This document shows, piece after piece, positions 1-13,006 of a stretch of DNA of 64,000 nt. How positions within the stretch are numbered: the first letter of the stretch is position 1; each line of letters begins with the position of its first letter. The notes below the pieces were generated by a model, which did not search any database, had not been told where the DNA came from, and worked only from the letters and a program-made list of their open reading frames with translations. A program made the translations under genes and the position numbers. The stretch comes from Octopus vulgaris (Eukaryota). The stretch is from NCBI GenBank assembly GCA_951406725.2, contig OX597822.1:49104001-49168000 (forward strand). The letters are read 5' to 3'.

Positions 1-330
1 AAATGGAGAAACTCTCAAAATACAAAGACCTGGAAATAGAGGTAACTAGAATGTGGAATCTGAAAACAGAAACAATTCCTATCATAGTAGGTGCATTAGG
101 CATGATAAAAAAATATTCAGACAAATACATAACAAAAACACCAGGACTTACAAACACATATAACATACAGAAAATTGCACTACTAGGCACTGCACACATC
201 CTACGCAGAACACTTTCCATACAATAACCATCAGAGCATCACAACAAATCACAGCACATACCCAAGGCACACAGAGCTGCGCTCGGTAGTGAAGTGAAAG
301 CACGCTATAAAAATAAAAATAAAACTACTG
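1..330 (+). mobile_element. 3' end of R4/Dong-clade RLE non-LTR retrotransposon, ending in (AAT)n
   Basis: ORF 3..227 EKLSKYKDL..IPIIVGALG..IQKIALLGTAHILRRTL is the C-terminal RLE domain of R4/Dong elements; about 100-nt 3' UTR, then AAT repeat 331-343; near-identical to the copies at 6388-6708 and 6736-7042. Confidence 0.85.
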
Positions 331-469
331 AATAATAATAATAGCTGGTGGTTGGATGTGACAGCAGCTGGACGTGTTCTTCTACTAGATGTATTTACAA
401 TTGTAAAAAGCGAATTGAAGACACAGAAACACTAATATAACCCAGCAAGACAACTGAAAAATAACTCTA

Positions 470-1500
470 AGAGACTGGAATATCTACAGTTTCCAGTGAG
501 TATTTTGAATTTCCCTCAAAATAAGTTAAGGAACTTACATATTTACAGCTTTCAAACACATAAACGATTAGCTTTAAAACCTTTGATATCTACAACTTCT
601 GTGAATACCTATACTTTCCTTTCCCTCTGAGTGTTCGAAAATGTAAACATCCTCTTTATTCCAAACACTACAATTTTTCTCTATTTGGACAGATAAAAAA
701 ATCATCTCCATTAAATTTTATAACCTTAATATCAACAATTTTCTTTGAAAAAATTTACCTTCCTTTTCTTTCCGTTCCTTTTCCCCTGAATATTCGAAAA
801 TGTAACCATCCTTTTTATTGCAAAAAAAAAAACAAAAACAAAAAACAAACAACAAAACACTACAGTCTTCTCTGAACGGAAATACAAACGAACACCTCAA
901 AATATTTAGAAACTTTAATATCTCCAATTTTGTGTGAATATTTTATTTTTCCTTCTTCCCTAACTACCCGAATATGTTAACATGCCTTTTATTGTAACAA
1001 CACAAATGCACGATAACAAATTAAGGAAGTAAGAACCTACCAACATATATATATATACTGCACAACTACAAAACCTTTTAAAAAGAAAAGAAAAATTCCA
1101 AAAGAAAAAGAAATTTAGAAATTCAAAAATCCAAGGTGAACACCTCTTCTTCCTACAATTCCCACAGACTGGAATATTTACAATTTTCCTGTGAATATTT
1201 TAAATTTTACTGAAAATAAAATAAATGAAGAAACTTACATATCTACAGCTTTCGAACACACGATCGATCAGCTTAAAAAAACCCCTTTAATATCTACAAC
1301 TACTGTGTGAATATCTATCGCTTCCTTTCTCCCTCAGTATTCGAAAATGCAAAGGTCTTTTTCATTGCAAAAGTCCTGCTGTATTCTCCAACTGGACAGA
1401 AAAAGGAACATCTCAAGAATACTTAAAAACTTTATTATATTACCCAAATACGTAAACACATCTTTTATTGCAACAACATAATTGAATTCAGAAATTCAAA
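470..1500. repeat. degenerate tandem duplication / minisatellite
   Basis: Block gactggaatat..acttacatat..acagcttt..tattcgaaaatg..ggacaga at about 473-710 recurs at about 1167-1415; sub-unit ttcc..(ta)ttcgaaaatgtaa..catc..tttattgcaa also seen near 770-825 and 950-995. Confidence 0.6.
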
Positions 1501-1534
1501 GATTCAACACCGTGAATATCAGTATATATATATA

Positions 1535-2005
<471 letters not shown>

Positions 2006-2024
2006 TAGCTACTTACCACACAGT

Positions 2025-3293
2025 TTTTTCTACCAGTAATTACAAATAAAACATGTTAAATTGCGTCTTTTCAAGGCCAAAAGAACGCCCTCAGTGATCA
2101 CTGGTAGTAGTAAACACATTTGGCCTCTGCTGACAATAAAATCTCTTAAATTTTAATATTATTCAAAATTGCTACCAACAGCTCTTATGACAATGTTAAT
2201 TACTGAACAATACCGAGTGATTTTCTTGTACGAATACAAGTTGGGTCACTCTGCCGCCGAAGCTCAACGAAACATTAAGCATGTTTTTGGTAACGATTCT
2301 GTTGACATTAGAACTGTTCAGAGATGGTTCCAAACATTTTACTCAGGAAATAAAAGCCTTAAAAGTGAACCAAGAGGGAGACCAAAACCAGTTATTCGGC
2401 ATTATGAATTGAATTCTTTAGTTAAACGAAATCCGAGAAAAACAGTCCGAAATATCAGATCTGAGCTCCAGACACCTCCCTCAACTGCTTCTCGACACTT
2501 GAAGAAAATTCGAAAAGTCAAAAAGATGGATAGGCTTGTTACCCATCAATTTAATGAGATTAAAAAAAGCAACAAAAAAAACAGACGCCTTACAGCGTAT
2601 TCCATGTTCTTGTCTCGGCTGGAAAGAGAACCATTTTTGTATCGACTTATTACATATGATGGGCAATGGATACTCTTTGATAACAGCAGGAGGACAGAAC
2701 AGTGGTTAGATGCAGGAGAGTCACGAAAACACTACCTAAAACCGCCACTGCACCCTAAAAAGTTGATGGTCACTGTGTGGTTGTCAACAAAGAGGGTTAT
2801 TCATTATTCATTTTTGCAAAAGGAAAAACTGTAACAGCAACATCCTATCGTCAGGAAATTGATTGTATGCATGAAAAATTAAAAAAGAAGCAACCCAGAT
2901 GGTCGAGTTTTGATTCATGATAATGCACGGCCTCACACTACTCAAGCTACGGTCCACAAGTTGAAAAGCCTGAATTATGAAATTTCATTACATCCTCCTT
3001 ATTCTGCTGATATCGTTTCTACTGATTATCGCATGTAAACACTTCGAGCTTGCTATACGCAATAAAACATTCTTAAATAAAGAAGAGGTAATTGAAGCAT
3101 TTCAACAGTTTATCAGTGTAAAAGATGACAAATTCTTTGAAGATGGAATATATGCCTTAGAGGAACGTTGGATGAAGGTCATAAATGAACAAGGATCATA
3201 TTTTGATCAAATAAATAAATATTCTGAAACTTAAAAATACAATTTTAATGTTTCCCTTTTGAAATGCGACATTTCATGTGAAACAACCTAATA
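2025..3293 (+). mobile_element. mariner (DD34D) transposon, decayed, 5' TIR not found
   Basis: ORF 2169..2834 with HTH (FLYEYKLGHSAAEA..TVQRWF), EPRGRP, ITYDGQW; HDNARPH near 2916; HPPYSAD near 2991; 3' TIR ..catttcatgtgaaacaacctaa followed by TA. Confidence 0.9.
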
Positions 3294-3391
3294 TTTTAAG
3301 GAAATTCATTCTCCCAAAATACTAGTTATTGAACCAATACATATTTGGGTGAAACCATCCCTTCATGATTTTAACACAACCTCTAATTAAG

Positions 3392-3440
<49 letters not shown>

Positions 3441-3463
3441 GATAGATACAGTAATAATAATAA

Positions 3464-3943
3464 CTCTCATGACTCAGGCACTGGCTGTCATGGCTTCTGA
3501 TCTTAACTGATTGGAAGTGTTATTATGTGCATGCTTTTCTCGGTATACCACAGATTTGCTTGTCAGTTGTTAGACCGTAACCATATGAGCATGACGATAT
3601 GTGCATCTCTGATCACGAGCAGAAGTAGTGGGAAAGCATCATAGTCATGTGTTGAAAGAGGTTCTTTGTGGTTTGAATAATTCACCTCTGAAAACATTTC
3701 GTTCAACACCCTTAAACAAACTTTATTCAGGGGCCTTTTGAGCAGGAAGGGCTACTCGACCTGAAGAAAATTCTAACTGAGCCCCACCTGTTTATCTTGA
3801 TATGAGATTACCATGTCGCGCATATATGGTTGTGATGTATGAAGCTGGTGTACTCTTATGAACCGGTTATTTGTGATGGGTATACTAGGTTTCGTATATT
3901 TTACTCCAGTGTCACTTTTATGGGATGTAAAGCTCTCTAAGTC
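3464..3943 (+). mobile_element. non-coding (TAA)n-flanked interspersed repeat, copy 1 (5' end altered)
   Basis: Homologous to 5040-5595; AAT repeats on both sides (3452-3463, 3944-3977). Confidence 0.75.
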
Positions 3944-3977
3944 AATATTAATAATAATAATAATAATAACAATAATC

Positions 3978-4538
3978 CCATTGAAACTTCAAAACTTCTT
4001 AAGGCAACCTCCACCAAGGCAGCATCAACGTCCTCTCAACGATTATCCAGAGATGATTTTTAAAATGAGAATATCTGAAATAAACTCGACTGCTCTCACA
4101 AACGAGAATACTGAAAAATGAACCTAACCGATCTCATAAATTAAGTAAAATAAACCGAAAAAATAATCCAGAATCTTTGTCCGATACCGGATTGATCCCA
4201 ATGGTCGCCATGGAATGTGAAGATGGCTGTAGAAAATTTACTAAGAGTAATAAAGAATTTATCCTTAACTAATACAAGCCAAAGTTAACAAACTCACCAT
4301 TCAAAATAGTTACTGCCTAAAGGGAGATAATTGAGAAATTCTTGAAAGTTAACGTAAGATCGTAATCATGTAAAGTAAATATAACAAATAATCCAGAATC
4401 CTTGTCCGATACCGGATCGATCCCAAAATCTAATCAGTTTGTACCAGTCTTCAGATATCTTACCCACAGACAAACAAACAAACAAACAAACACGACTGAA
4501 AACAATACCTCCGCCTTCGCTAAGCTGGAGATAGTAAT
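3978..4538 (-). mobile_element. Helentron-associated non-autonomous element (HINE/DINE-1-like), tentative
   Basis: Sub-terminal motif acctcc(a/g)cc at about 4007 and 4507; terminal hairpin ctccgccttcgctaagctggag; (CAAA)n next to the end; internal direct repeat aataatccagaatc..ccgataccggat..gatcccaa at about 4163 and 4388. Confidence 0.5.
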
Positions 4539-4541
4539 GAA

Positions 4542-4990
4542 TGGTATAAAAGATGGGCTACAGCAAATATTCTTCACAATACCACAGTTTTGCTTGTCTG
4601 CTGTTTGACCATAACCAGTTGAGCATGTCCCTTGATTGCTGATATGTGCATTTCTCATCACAAGCAGAAGTAGTGGGGGAGCATCATATACCATGTGTTG
4701 AGAGGAATTCGTCGAGGGTTTGGATAATTCACCTCTGGAAACATAGATGTTTCGTACAGCATCCTTAAACAACCCTTATTCAAGGAACTTTTGAGCGGGA
4801 TGGGCTACTCGACCTGAAGACAATTTTAACTGGGTCCCACCTGCAAGGTCATCAGATCACCATGTTGCACACATATGGTTGTGATGCATGTGCCTGGTGT
4901 ACTTTTATCAGGCGGGTCGTCATGATGGGTATACTGGGCTTCGTATAATTTACCCCAGTGTCACTTTGATGGCATGCGCTGCTCTCTCAC
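4542..4990 (+). mobile_element. non-coding (TAA)n-flanked interspersed repeat, copy 2 (5' truncated)
   Basis: Homologous to 5126-5595; same 3' end, followed by (GAT)n(AAT)n. Confidence 0.75.
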
Positions 4991-5039
4991 ATAATGATGA
5001 TGATGATGATGATGATGATGATAATAATAATAATAATAA

Positions 5040-5595
5040 ATGCCCTGATGCAGTACCAGGCAGTGGCTCCCATGGCTTCTGATCTTAACTGATTGGAAGT
5101 GTTATCATGTACATTGTTTTGTCTTGGTATAAAAGATGGGCTACAGCAAATATTCTGCTCAATACCACAGATTTGCTTGTCAGTTGTTTGACCTTAACCA
5201 GTTGAGCATGTCCCTTAGTGGCTGGCGATATGTGCATCTCTGATCACGAGCAGAAGTAGTGGGGGAGCATCATAGCCATGTGTTGAGAGGGATTCTTTGG
5301 GGTTTGAATAGTTCACCTCTGGAAACATAGGTGGTTCTTTCAACATCCTTAAACAACCCTTATTCAGGGACCGTTTGAGCGGGATGGTCTACTCAACCTG
5401 AAGAAAATTCTAACTGGGCCCCACCTGCAAGGTCATGTGCTGTTTATCTTGATATGAGATCACCATGTCGCGCACATATGGTTGTGATGCATGTGCCTGG
5501 TGTACCTTTATCAGACGGGTAGTCATGATGGGTATATTGGGCTTCGTATATTTTACCCCAGTGTCACTTTGATGGCATGAACTGCTCTCTCACTC
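5040..5595 (+). mobile_element. non-coding (TAA)n-flanked interspersed repeat, copy 3 (longest, about 560 bp)
   Basis: Starts atgccctgatgcagtaccagg, ends gctctctcactc; AAT arrays on both sides; no long ORF. Confidence 0.8.
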
Positions 5596-5599
5596 AATG

Positions 5600-5655
<56 letters not shown>

Positions 5656-5668
5656 TATGATAATAATA

Positions 5669-6705
5669 AAATACGAGCAAAACAAAAAACTGTTCTCAGT
5701 ATTTAAGGAAGCTGACTAATAAAAACAAGAAATCATACCACCTAACAAATATGAAGAAGAAGAAGATGAAGAAACAACAAAAGCTATGAAACAAATGAAA
5801 TCCAAACTAAAAATAGAACAGCAACGAACCATGATAAAACGATGACAAGAAAAGCCCCTTCGTGGCTAATACTGGACTAAACTAAATGCAAAAGAAATAG
5901 ACAAAGAAAAATCCCAACAATGGTTGAGAAGCTCAGGACTCAAAGCAGAGACAGAAGGATTTTTAATTGCAGCACAAAACCAAAGCTTCCCCACCAGAAA
6001 TTACCAAAAACATGTAATGAAAAGAAATATAACAAGTAACTGCAGAATATGTGGAGATGGACAAGAAACAATAAATCATATTATCTCTGGCTGCCCAGTC
6101 CTGGCTAAGAAGGAATATATTCACAGACACGACAGAGTTGGGACCTATATACACTGGAAACTATGCCAACATTATGGAATAACAACAGAAAAAAGATGGT
6201 ATAGGCACACACCAGAAAAGGTCACAGAAAACGAGAAAGCAACCATACTCTGGGATATGCCAATACACACAGATAGAGAAATTAAGGCCAACAGACCAGA
6301 TATAGTTGTCAGAGATTATGAAGAAAAAAAAAAGTTTTCTAATTGATGTATCAATACCAGCAGATGACAACGTGTCTCTAAAAGAAATGGAGAAACTTTC
6401 AAAATACAAAGACCTGGAAATAGAGGTAACCAGAATGTGGAATCTAAAAGCAGAAACAATTCCTATCATAATAGGTGCATTAGGCATGATAAAAAAATAT
6501 TCAGACAAATACATAACAAAAACACCAGGACTTACAAACATATATAACATACAGAAAATTGCACTATTAGGCACTGCACACATCCTACGCAGAACACTTT
6601 CCATACAATAACCATAAGAGCATCACAACAAATCACAGCACATACCCAAGGCACACAGAGCTGCGTTCGGCAGTGAAGTGAAAGTACGATATAAAAAATA
6701 TACTA

Positions 6706-6708
<3 letters not shown>
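5669..6708 (+). mobile_element. 5'-truncated R4/Dong RLE retrotransposon (CCHC knuckle plus RLE), frameshifted
   Basis: ETEGFLIAAQNQ, CRICGDGQETINHIISGC (CCHC), RHDRV, ILWD, NRPDIVV, FLIDVSIP..EKLSKY; flanked by (AAT)n at 5596-5668 and 6709-6737. Confidence 0.92.
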
Positions 6709-6735
<27 letters not shown>

Positions 6736-6740
<5 letters not shown>

Positions 6741-7042
6741 CAAAGACCTGGAAATAGAGGTAACCAGAATGTGGAATCTAAAAACAGAAACAATTCCTAT
6801 CATAGTAGGTGCATTAGGCATGATAAAAAAATATTCAGACAAATACATAACAAAAACACCAGGACTTACAAACACATATAACATACAGAAAATTGTACTA
6901 CTAGGCACTGCACACATCCTACGCAGAACACTTTCCATACAGTAACCATCAGAGCATCACAACAAATCACAGCACATACCCAAGGCACACAGAGCTGCGC
7001 TTGGTAGTGAAGTGTAAGCACGCTATAAAAATGAAACTACTG
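6736..7042 (+). mobile_element. short 5'-truncated Dong copy, head-to-tail with the previous one
   Basis: Repeats KYKDLEIEV..RRTLSIQ plus the 3' UTR; ends in (AAT)n 7043-7055. Confidence 0.9.
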
Positions 7043-7819
7043 AATAATAATAATAGTCCTTTCTGCAATAGGCTCAAGTCCTGGATTTTGTAGACTTGAC
7101 TTTTGTGGTCGATTTTGATTGAGCAGACTTATGATTAAAGACGTTATAATACTGACAGTTCTGTCATAGAATTTCAAGCACAGTACATCTAAGACTACAT
7201 TAACCAACATGTCCATCTTCACGACATTACAAATATTTCAAGAAGGTCGAGCAACCATGCACAAATTTCCTTGTGAGCTATATGAGTGACAAACACTATT
7301 TGCACATAGATACAATTTTAGGTTATAAATTAGGGTGGAGAATCAGGTATCCAGATGCTTACTATAACTCTGCGGTATCCTACTTTAAATCTAGGGTCAG
7401 TATCCATAGATAATTCTAATTTGGACGAGATTCTACTCTAAAGGAATGGTTCTCGTGTATATACGATACTTTTCAACCCCCCCTCTTCTGCTCCAAAGAG
7501 ATGCGTTCAAAAGTGTTTTGATTCAAAATACAATTAGAAATCAATTAACAGCGAAAGTCTCATCCAGCCGATTCTATTATCCTTCATATCATCTAGAGAT
7601 ATTATAACAAATATTTGCAATGAAAATTTCATTGAGATAAAAATCTGTAGAGACACCGAAAAATATAGTTGATGAACGAATCAGTTTAACATCCAGACAT
7701 ATTTAGATTTAATTCCTCTGATACGAAATAAGAATCAATAAAGATTGAAATCCTGTCACTTGATTTAATACTCAGGCGCGCGCACAAATACACATATATA
7801 CTGCATATATTTGTGTGTG

Positions 7820-7867
7820 TTAGTGTGCATGTATATATATATATATATATATATGTTTAAATATTTG

Positions 7868-7936
<69 letters not shown>

Positions 7937-8061
7937 GTATATATATATATGTATATATATATATGTTTATATATATGTATATTTGTATATATATATATAT
8001 ATATAAAAATGTGTATATATATATATTTGTGTATATATATATATATATATATGTATGCATT

Positions 8062-8092
<31 letters not shown>

Positions 8093-8229
8093 GTATATGT
8101 ATGCATTTATATATATGTATATATATATATGTATGCATTTATATATATGTATATATATATATGTATATATATATGTATATATATATGTATATGTATGTAT
8201 TTATATATATATATATGTATATATATATG

Positions 8230-8322
<93 letters not shown>

Positions 8323-8345
8323 GTATATATATGTATATACGTATA
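7820..8345. repeat. imperfect (TA)n/(TATG) microsatellite
   Basis: Read directly. Confidence 0.95.
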
Positions 8346-8861
8346 TTAATATTGTTGCTCGCTTGAAGCATTGTGTATTGTTTGTAAATTATAATGTGTC
8401 TTGAATGGCACAGCAATGCACTATAATAACAACAATGGACTATAATAACTGTTATAGTTTAATCATCCATAGTCTGATATACTATTTCGGAATACAAAAA
8501 TTCCTTCTTCAGATATCCCTAGGAATTGATCGAGTCACTGCTATAATCGGTTTTCCAACGTTTTTTTTTTCTGGAAGCGTTCTCTGCAGTGGTCTCACGA
8601 AGCTCCTTTGGGAATTCCTCATCAGAAGTGCGTGAGAGCGGCCATGTCTCAAGCTTGTGTGTGCTGGCACATCCGTAACGCTGCTTCTAAGTTATGTATT
8701 ATACGTGCAGTCACGGGATATCTAAATAAAAATCTCTACTTATTGGTTTGTAACGTGGAACAAACTCACAATGAACATCTTTCAATTGAAAACGAACTTA
8801 CACGCTTTCAGACCTGAGCGACTCTATCGTGCTCTCCTTGGTTGCGGCGAGGATAATACAA

Positions 8862-9265
8862 ACCTACCTACCTACCTACCTACCTACCTACCTACCTACC
8901 TACCTACCTACCTACCTACCTACCTACCTACGTACGTACGTACGTACGTACCTACCTACGTACCTACCTACCTACCTACCTACCTACCTACCTACCTACC
9001 TACCTACCTACCTACCTACCTACCTACCTACCTACATACGTACGTACGTACGTACGTACCTACGTACCTACCTACATACATACGTACCTACCTACCTACC
9101 TATCTACCTACCTACGTACCTACGTACCTACGTACCTACGTACCTACCTACCTACCTACGTACCTACCAACGTACCTACGTACGTACCTACGTACGTACG
9201 TACGTACGTACCTACCTACCTACCTACCTACCTACATACGTACGTACATACATACATACATACAT
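8862..9265. repeat. compound tetranucleotide microsatellite (ACCT/ACGT/ACAT)n
   Basis: Read directly; explains the PTYL ORFs. Confidence 0.95.
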
Positions 9266-9363
9266 AATACTTACATACACATTTACATACATATACACAC
9301 AATTATATTGTCATTTAACTGATGTGTGTGCGTGTGTCTGTGTCTCTCTGTCTATCTGCCTGC

Positions 9364-9415
<52 letters not shown>

Positions 9416-9654
9416 ATATCTAAACTAATAAATGAGAAAAGAACAAGAATTATAAACACTTTCATTAACTTGCAGCTGTTTTTCTTTAAGATGCATTTGC
9501 ACCCAGAGCTTAGTGTTTGTGTGACATCTTAGAAATTTTATTTAAAAGCTTTCCCAAATAAACATACATTTCATTTGAATGTCTGCGAGGAACCCCTAAG
9601 GTGTCCCAGCGAAATCATAACATGTACATACTTACAACCTTGCATAAATACAAG

Positions 9655-10509
9655 CAGGATGTTTGGGCTAAATTTGATGATATTAATGTCTCCTTTTTTT
9701 TCAGGAATAGCTTGGTGTATTGGTTAACAGTCAACGACGTTGAAGAGCATAACGATTGAAGTAACTGACAGTGAGGACTGAAGCCATCTGAATATTGGAA
9801 AAAAATACCTGTATTATGATGATGCGTTTCAGGTATCAAAATGGCGATATCATAACTGCTCTACAATGCTCAGTGAACACTGTAATGGCTGCAAGATATG
9901 ACAGCTGCAACAAGAGACTACGAAGTCGTAGCCAGAAAGGAGGGACGTAGCAGGCGTTCTGATGGGTCTGCACATCAGAATTTTAACCCTCTATTTTTGA
10001 ACAGGGTCTTAGGATCAATTCAGATGACCATATGAAGCTACTGGAGACTGTGGTTAATCCATGGCTGGAGTAGGTTGCTGCTGGAAGGTCACCTGTGTGG
10101 CGACAGATTTCGGCTCCTCGCCATTCCTCTGCACAGTGTCAGAAATGGTTGTCAGAAAATTTTAATGCCTTCCCCAGTCACAATTTTTAGCCTCCTAATT
10201 TCCCCCTGTTGTAATCATATGAATTATTGTCTGTGGGGCGCGATTGAGAAAGACACCAACTGCCCTATCTGTTACGCCAAGTCTAAGCTGGTGACCAAGA
10301 TCAAGGAAGTGACAAGGAGCGCCTGTACCAGATTCCGGAGCCGTCTTGAGGCCGTGTTGGAAGCTGAGGACAGCTACTTTGAATAAATTGTTATCTCCCA
10401 GCCTTAATGTAGTTGATATTCTTTAAAAAAAAAAACTTTTAACTTTTGATGGTATATTGCATTTTTTTTTCCTTCTTTGCAAATTGTCAAATTTAGCCCG
10501 AACATTCTG
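9655..10509 (+). mobile_element. internally deleted Tc1/mariner (maT/DD37D-like) element with both TIRs
   Basis: TIRs caggatgtttgggctaaatttga (9655-9677) and tcaaatttagcccgaacattctg (10487-10509); remnants PWLE..VWRQISAPRH and PPNSPCCNHMNYCLWG..ACTRFRSRLEAV. Confidence 0.8.
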
Positions 10510-10659
10510 AACATATGTGCGCGCGCTTACACGCACAGACACACACGCACACGCACACACACTCATATATACAGTAGTAACACTCGGGTTTCCGATGGTA
10601 CCAAGGAATCTATGTTTCCAGTGGTATTTAAAATTATTGTACTACCTGTTGGCCGCTGA

Positions 10660-11528
10660 TAGAGTCCAAATCTCGCCCGCCAGTAGTTGTTGATAATAAG
10701 TGAATCGAGACTTTAATAAAAAAAATCCATGTCACACAACGCGAGACATCGCGGAAATTCCGTAAATAACTCATGCGAACGTTATAAAGCATTTAAAAAC
10801 ATTTTGTTACGCGAATTGCTATGAAGTTTGGGTGCCTCATAACTTAATACAGAGCATTTCCATCTGCTGAGACGAGACAAAAATATTTACAACAACATAA
10901 AACGAAAATGGTCCTGAGGGAAAACGAGATGAACCGTCTTCAATCTCTTCAAAAACTGGTCTGTATCCGAAGAAGGCGATGCTCTGTATCTGTTGGGATT
11001 GGAAGGGCATTGTGTATTATGAGCTACTTCTACAAAATCAGACGTTAAATTCAGGCTGTTGTTGTTCTCAATTAGACCGATTAAAGGATTGATGAAAAAC
11101 ATTAATTGATGAAAAACATCCAGAATTAGCCAGCCAAAAGCGGATCGTCTTACATCAGGACAACGCAAGACAGCACGTTTCTTTGCAGACCAGGCAGAAA
11201 TTGGTGTAGCTTGGATGGGAAGTCCTACCACACCCACCGTACTCACCTGACTTTGCATCATCGGATTCTCATTTATTCCGATCCCTTCAAAATTCTCATA
11301 ATGGGAAGAACTTCGATTCTTTAAAAGAGTGTAAAGACTACTTAGAACAGTTCATAACCCAGAAAGATGCCAAATTCTGGGATGATGGGATCATGAATCT
11401 GCCTCAAAGATGGTGAAAAGTAGTGGACAAAATGGGAAATATGTGGTTGAGTAAAGGTATGTACAACTATCTAAATATTGTTAATGAACTTTACTTAAAA
11501 ACGTTACGAACTTTTTATCAGCCCAATA
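10660..11528 (+). mobile_element. mariner remnant (3' two-thirds)
   Basis: WVPHNL near 10829, HQDNARQH near 11153, HPPYSPDFASSD near 11231, 3' TIR ..ttacgaactttttatcagcccaa followed by TA. Confidence 0.85.
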
Positions 11529-11623
11529 TATATATACACACACAGACACATATATGTATATATGTGTGTGTAAATGTGTGTATGCATAACTATGTAAATA
11601 TGGATACGTGAATGTGTTTGTCT

Positions 11624-11666
<43 letters not shown>

Positions 11667-11668
<2 letters not shown>

Positions 11669-12071
11669 CGCGGGAGTGGCTGTGTGGTAAGTAGCTTGCT
11701 TACCAACCATATGGATCCGGGTTCATTCCCACTGCGTGGCACCTTGGGCAAGTGTCTTCTACTATAGCCTCGGACCGGCCAAAGCCTTGTGAGTGGATTT
11801 GGTAGACGGAAACTGAAAGAAGCCCGTCGTATATATGTATATATATTATATATATGTATGTGTATGTATATGTTTGTGCGTCTGTGTTTGTCCCCCCAAC
11901 ATCGTTTGACAACCGATGGTGGTGTGTTTACGTCCCCGTAACTTAGCGGTTCAGCAAAAGAGACCGATAGAATAAGTACTGCAAAGAATAAGTCCTGGGA
12001 GTCGATTTGCTCGACTAAAAGCAGTGCTCCAGCATGGCCACAGTCAAATGACTGAAACAAGTGAAAGAGAG
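11667..12071 (+). mobile_element. tRNA-derived CORE-type SINE (OR-like), full length
   Basis: ggcgcgggagtggctgtgtggtaag..gcaccttgggcaagtgtc..cagtcaaatgactgaaacaag; inserted in (TA)n. Confidence 0.88.
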
Positions 12072-12967
12072 TATATATATATATACACACACATACACGT
12101 GTATGTATATGTACACATACATATGTGTATGTATGTCGTGTGTCTGAATATATGTATGTATCTAGGTAAGCATGCATGGATGTATGTATGAATGTATGCA
12201 TGTATGGATGGATGGATGGATGGATGGATGGATGGATGGATGGATGGATAGAATTGCTGTCAGCATTGCTTCATGTTTAATTGTGGAATTTTCGCAAAAG
12301 ACAAGATTGTCCGTTGCTATTTGAAAGGGAATGAAAAATATTCAATCTGAAACCAGAAATCGCATGAAGTTTATCTCCCCAAACCAACCAGCCAACCATC
12401 CAACCAACCAACCAGCTAACCAATAACCAAGAAATCTACAAAGAAAACAAAAGCACAAAACACAAACAAACAAAAAAACAAAAGCGCAAAAACAAACAAA
12501 AAATTATTAAGGACAAATGAAAGAAGACAAGTATGCTACGCATTGCAAGGTAAACGGATTCAAATCTATAATTTAGAGAAAGACGTTATTTCGAAGATAC
12601 ATTTTGTTTCTTCAAGGCTCTTTTCATCATAACTTAAATGTCTGTTATAGCTCTCGTTACATTCTTTATAATATTGGTGTAGTGGTTGTGTTGATGTAGG
12701 TTTTATTGTTGCTCTCTTACAGTCATGTTGTTGTTTGTGTTGTGCTGCTATTATTGTTGTTGTTTCTATAAGTCTATATAAGAAATACTTGTCTGGTCTT
12801 AAAACCTACAAACTTTTAATACTAATGTACGGCTTTGCTGGGAAATGTATTGAAGAAGACATACATACATACATATACATGCATACAAACATACATGCAT
12901 ATATATATACATATACATACATATATACATACATACACACACACACACATATATATATATGTGTGTG

Positions 12968-13006
<39 letters not shown>

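Noticed and set aside
5040-5120. HDV-like ribozyme at the 5' end of the TAA element
   Set aside because: Only a simple hairpin (cttctgatc/gattggaag) could be built; no P1/P3/L3 nested pseudoknot
3452-7055. Repeat-spacer look of the AAT-separated units (CRISPR-like)
   Set aside because: Units are 300-1000 bp homologous retroelement pieces in eukaryotic DNA; no cas genes or fixed-length repeats
7765-9532. Long ORFs rich in YI, PTYL, HT, CV or MYVC, here and across the window
   Set aside because: Translations of stop-free microsatellites, not genes
11667-11745. tRNA-like heads as tRNA genes
   Set aside because: They are SINE heads, continuing into CORE or Nin-like bodies; no complete cloverleaf seen
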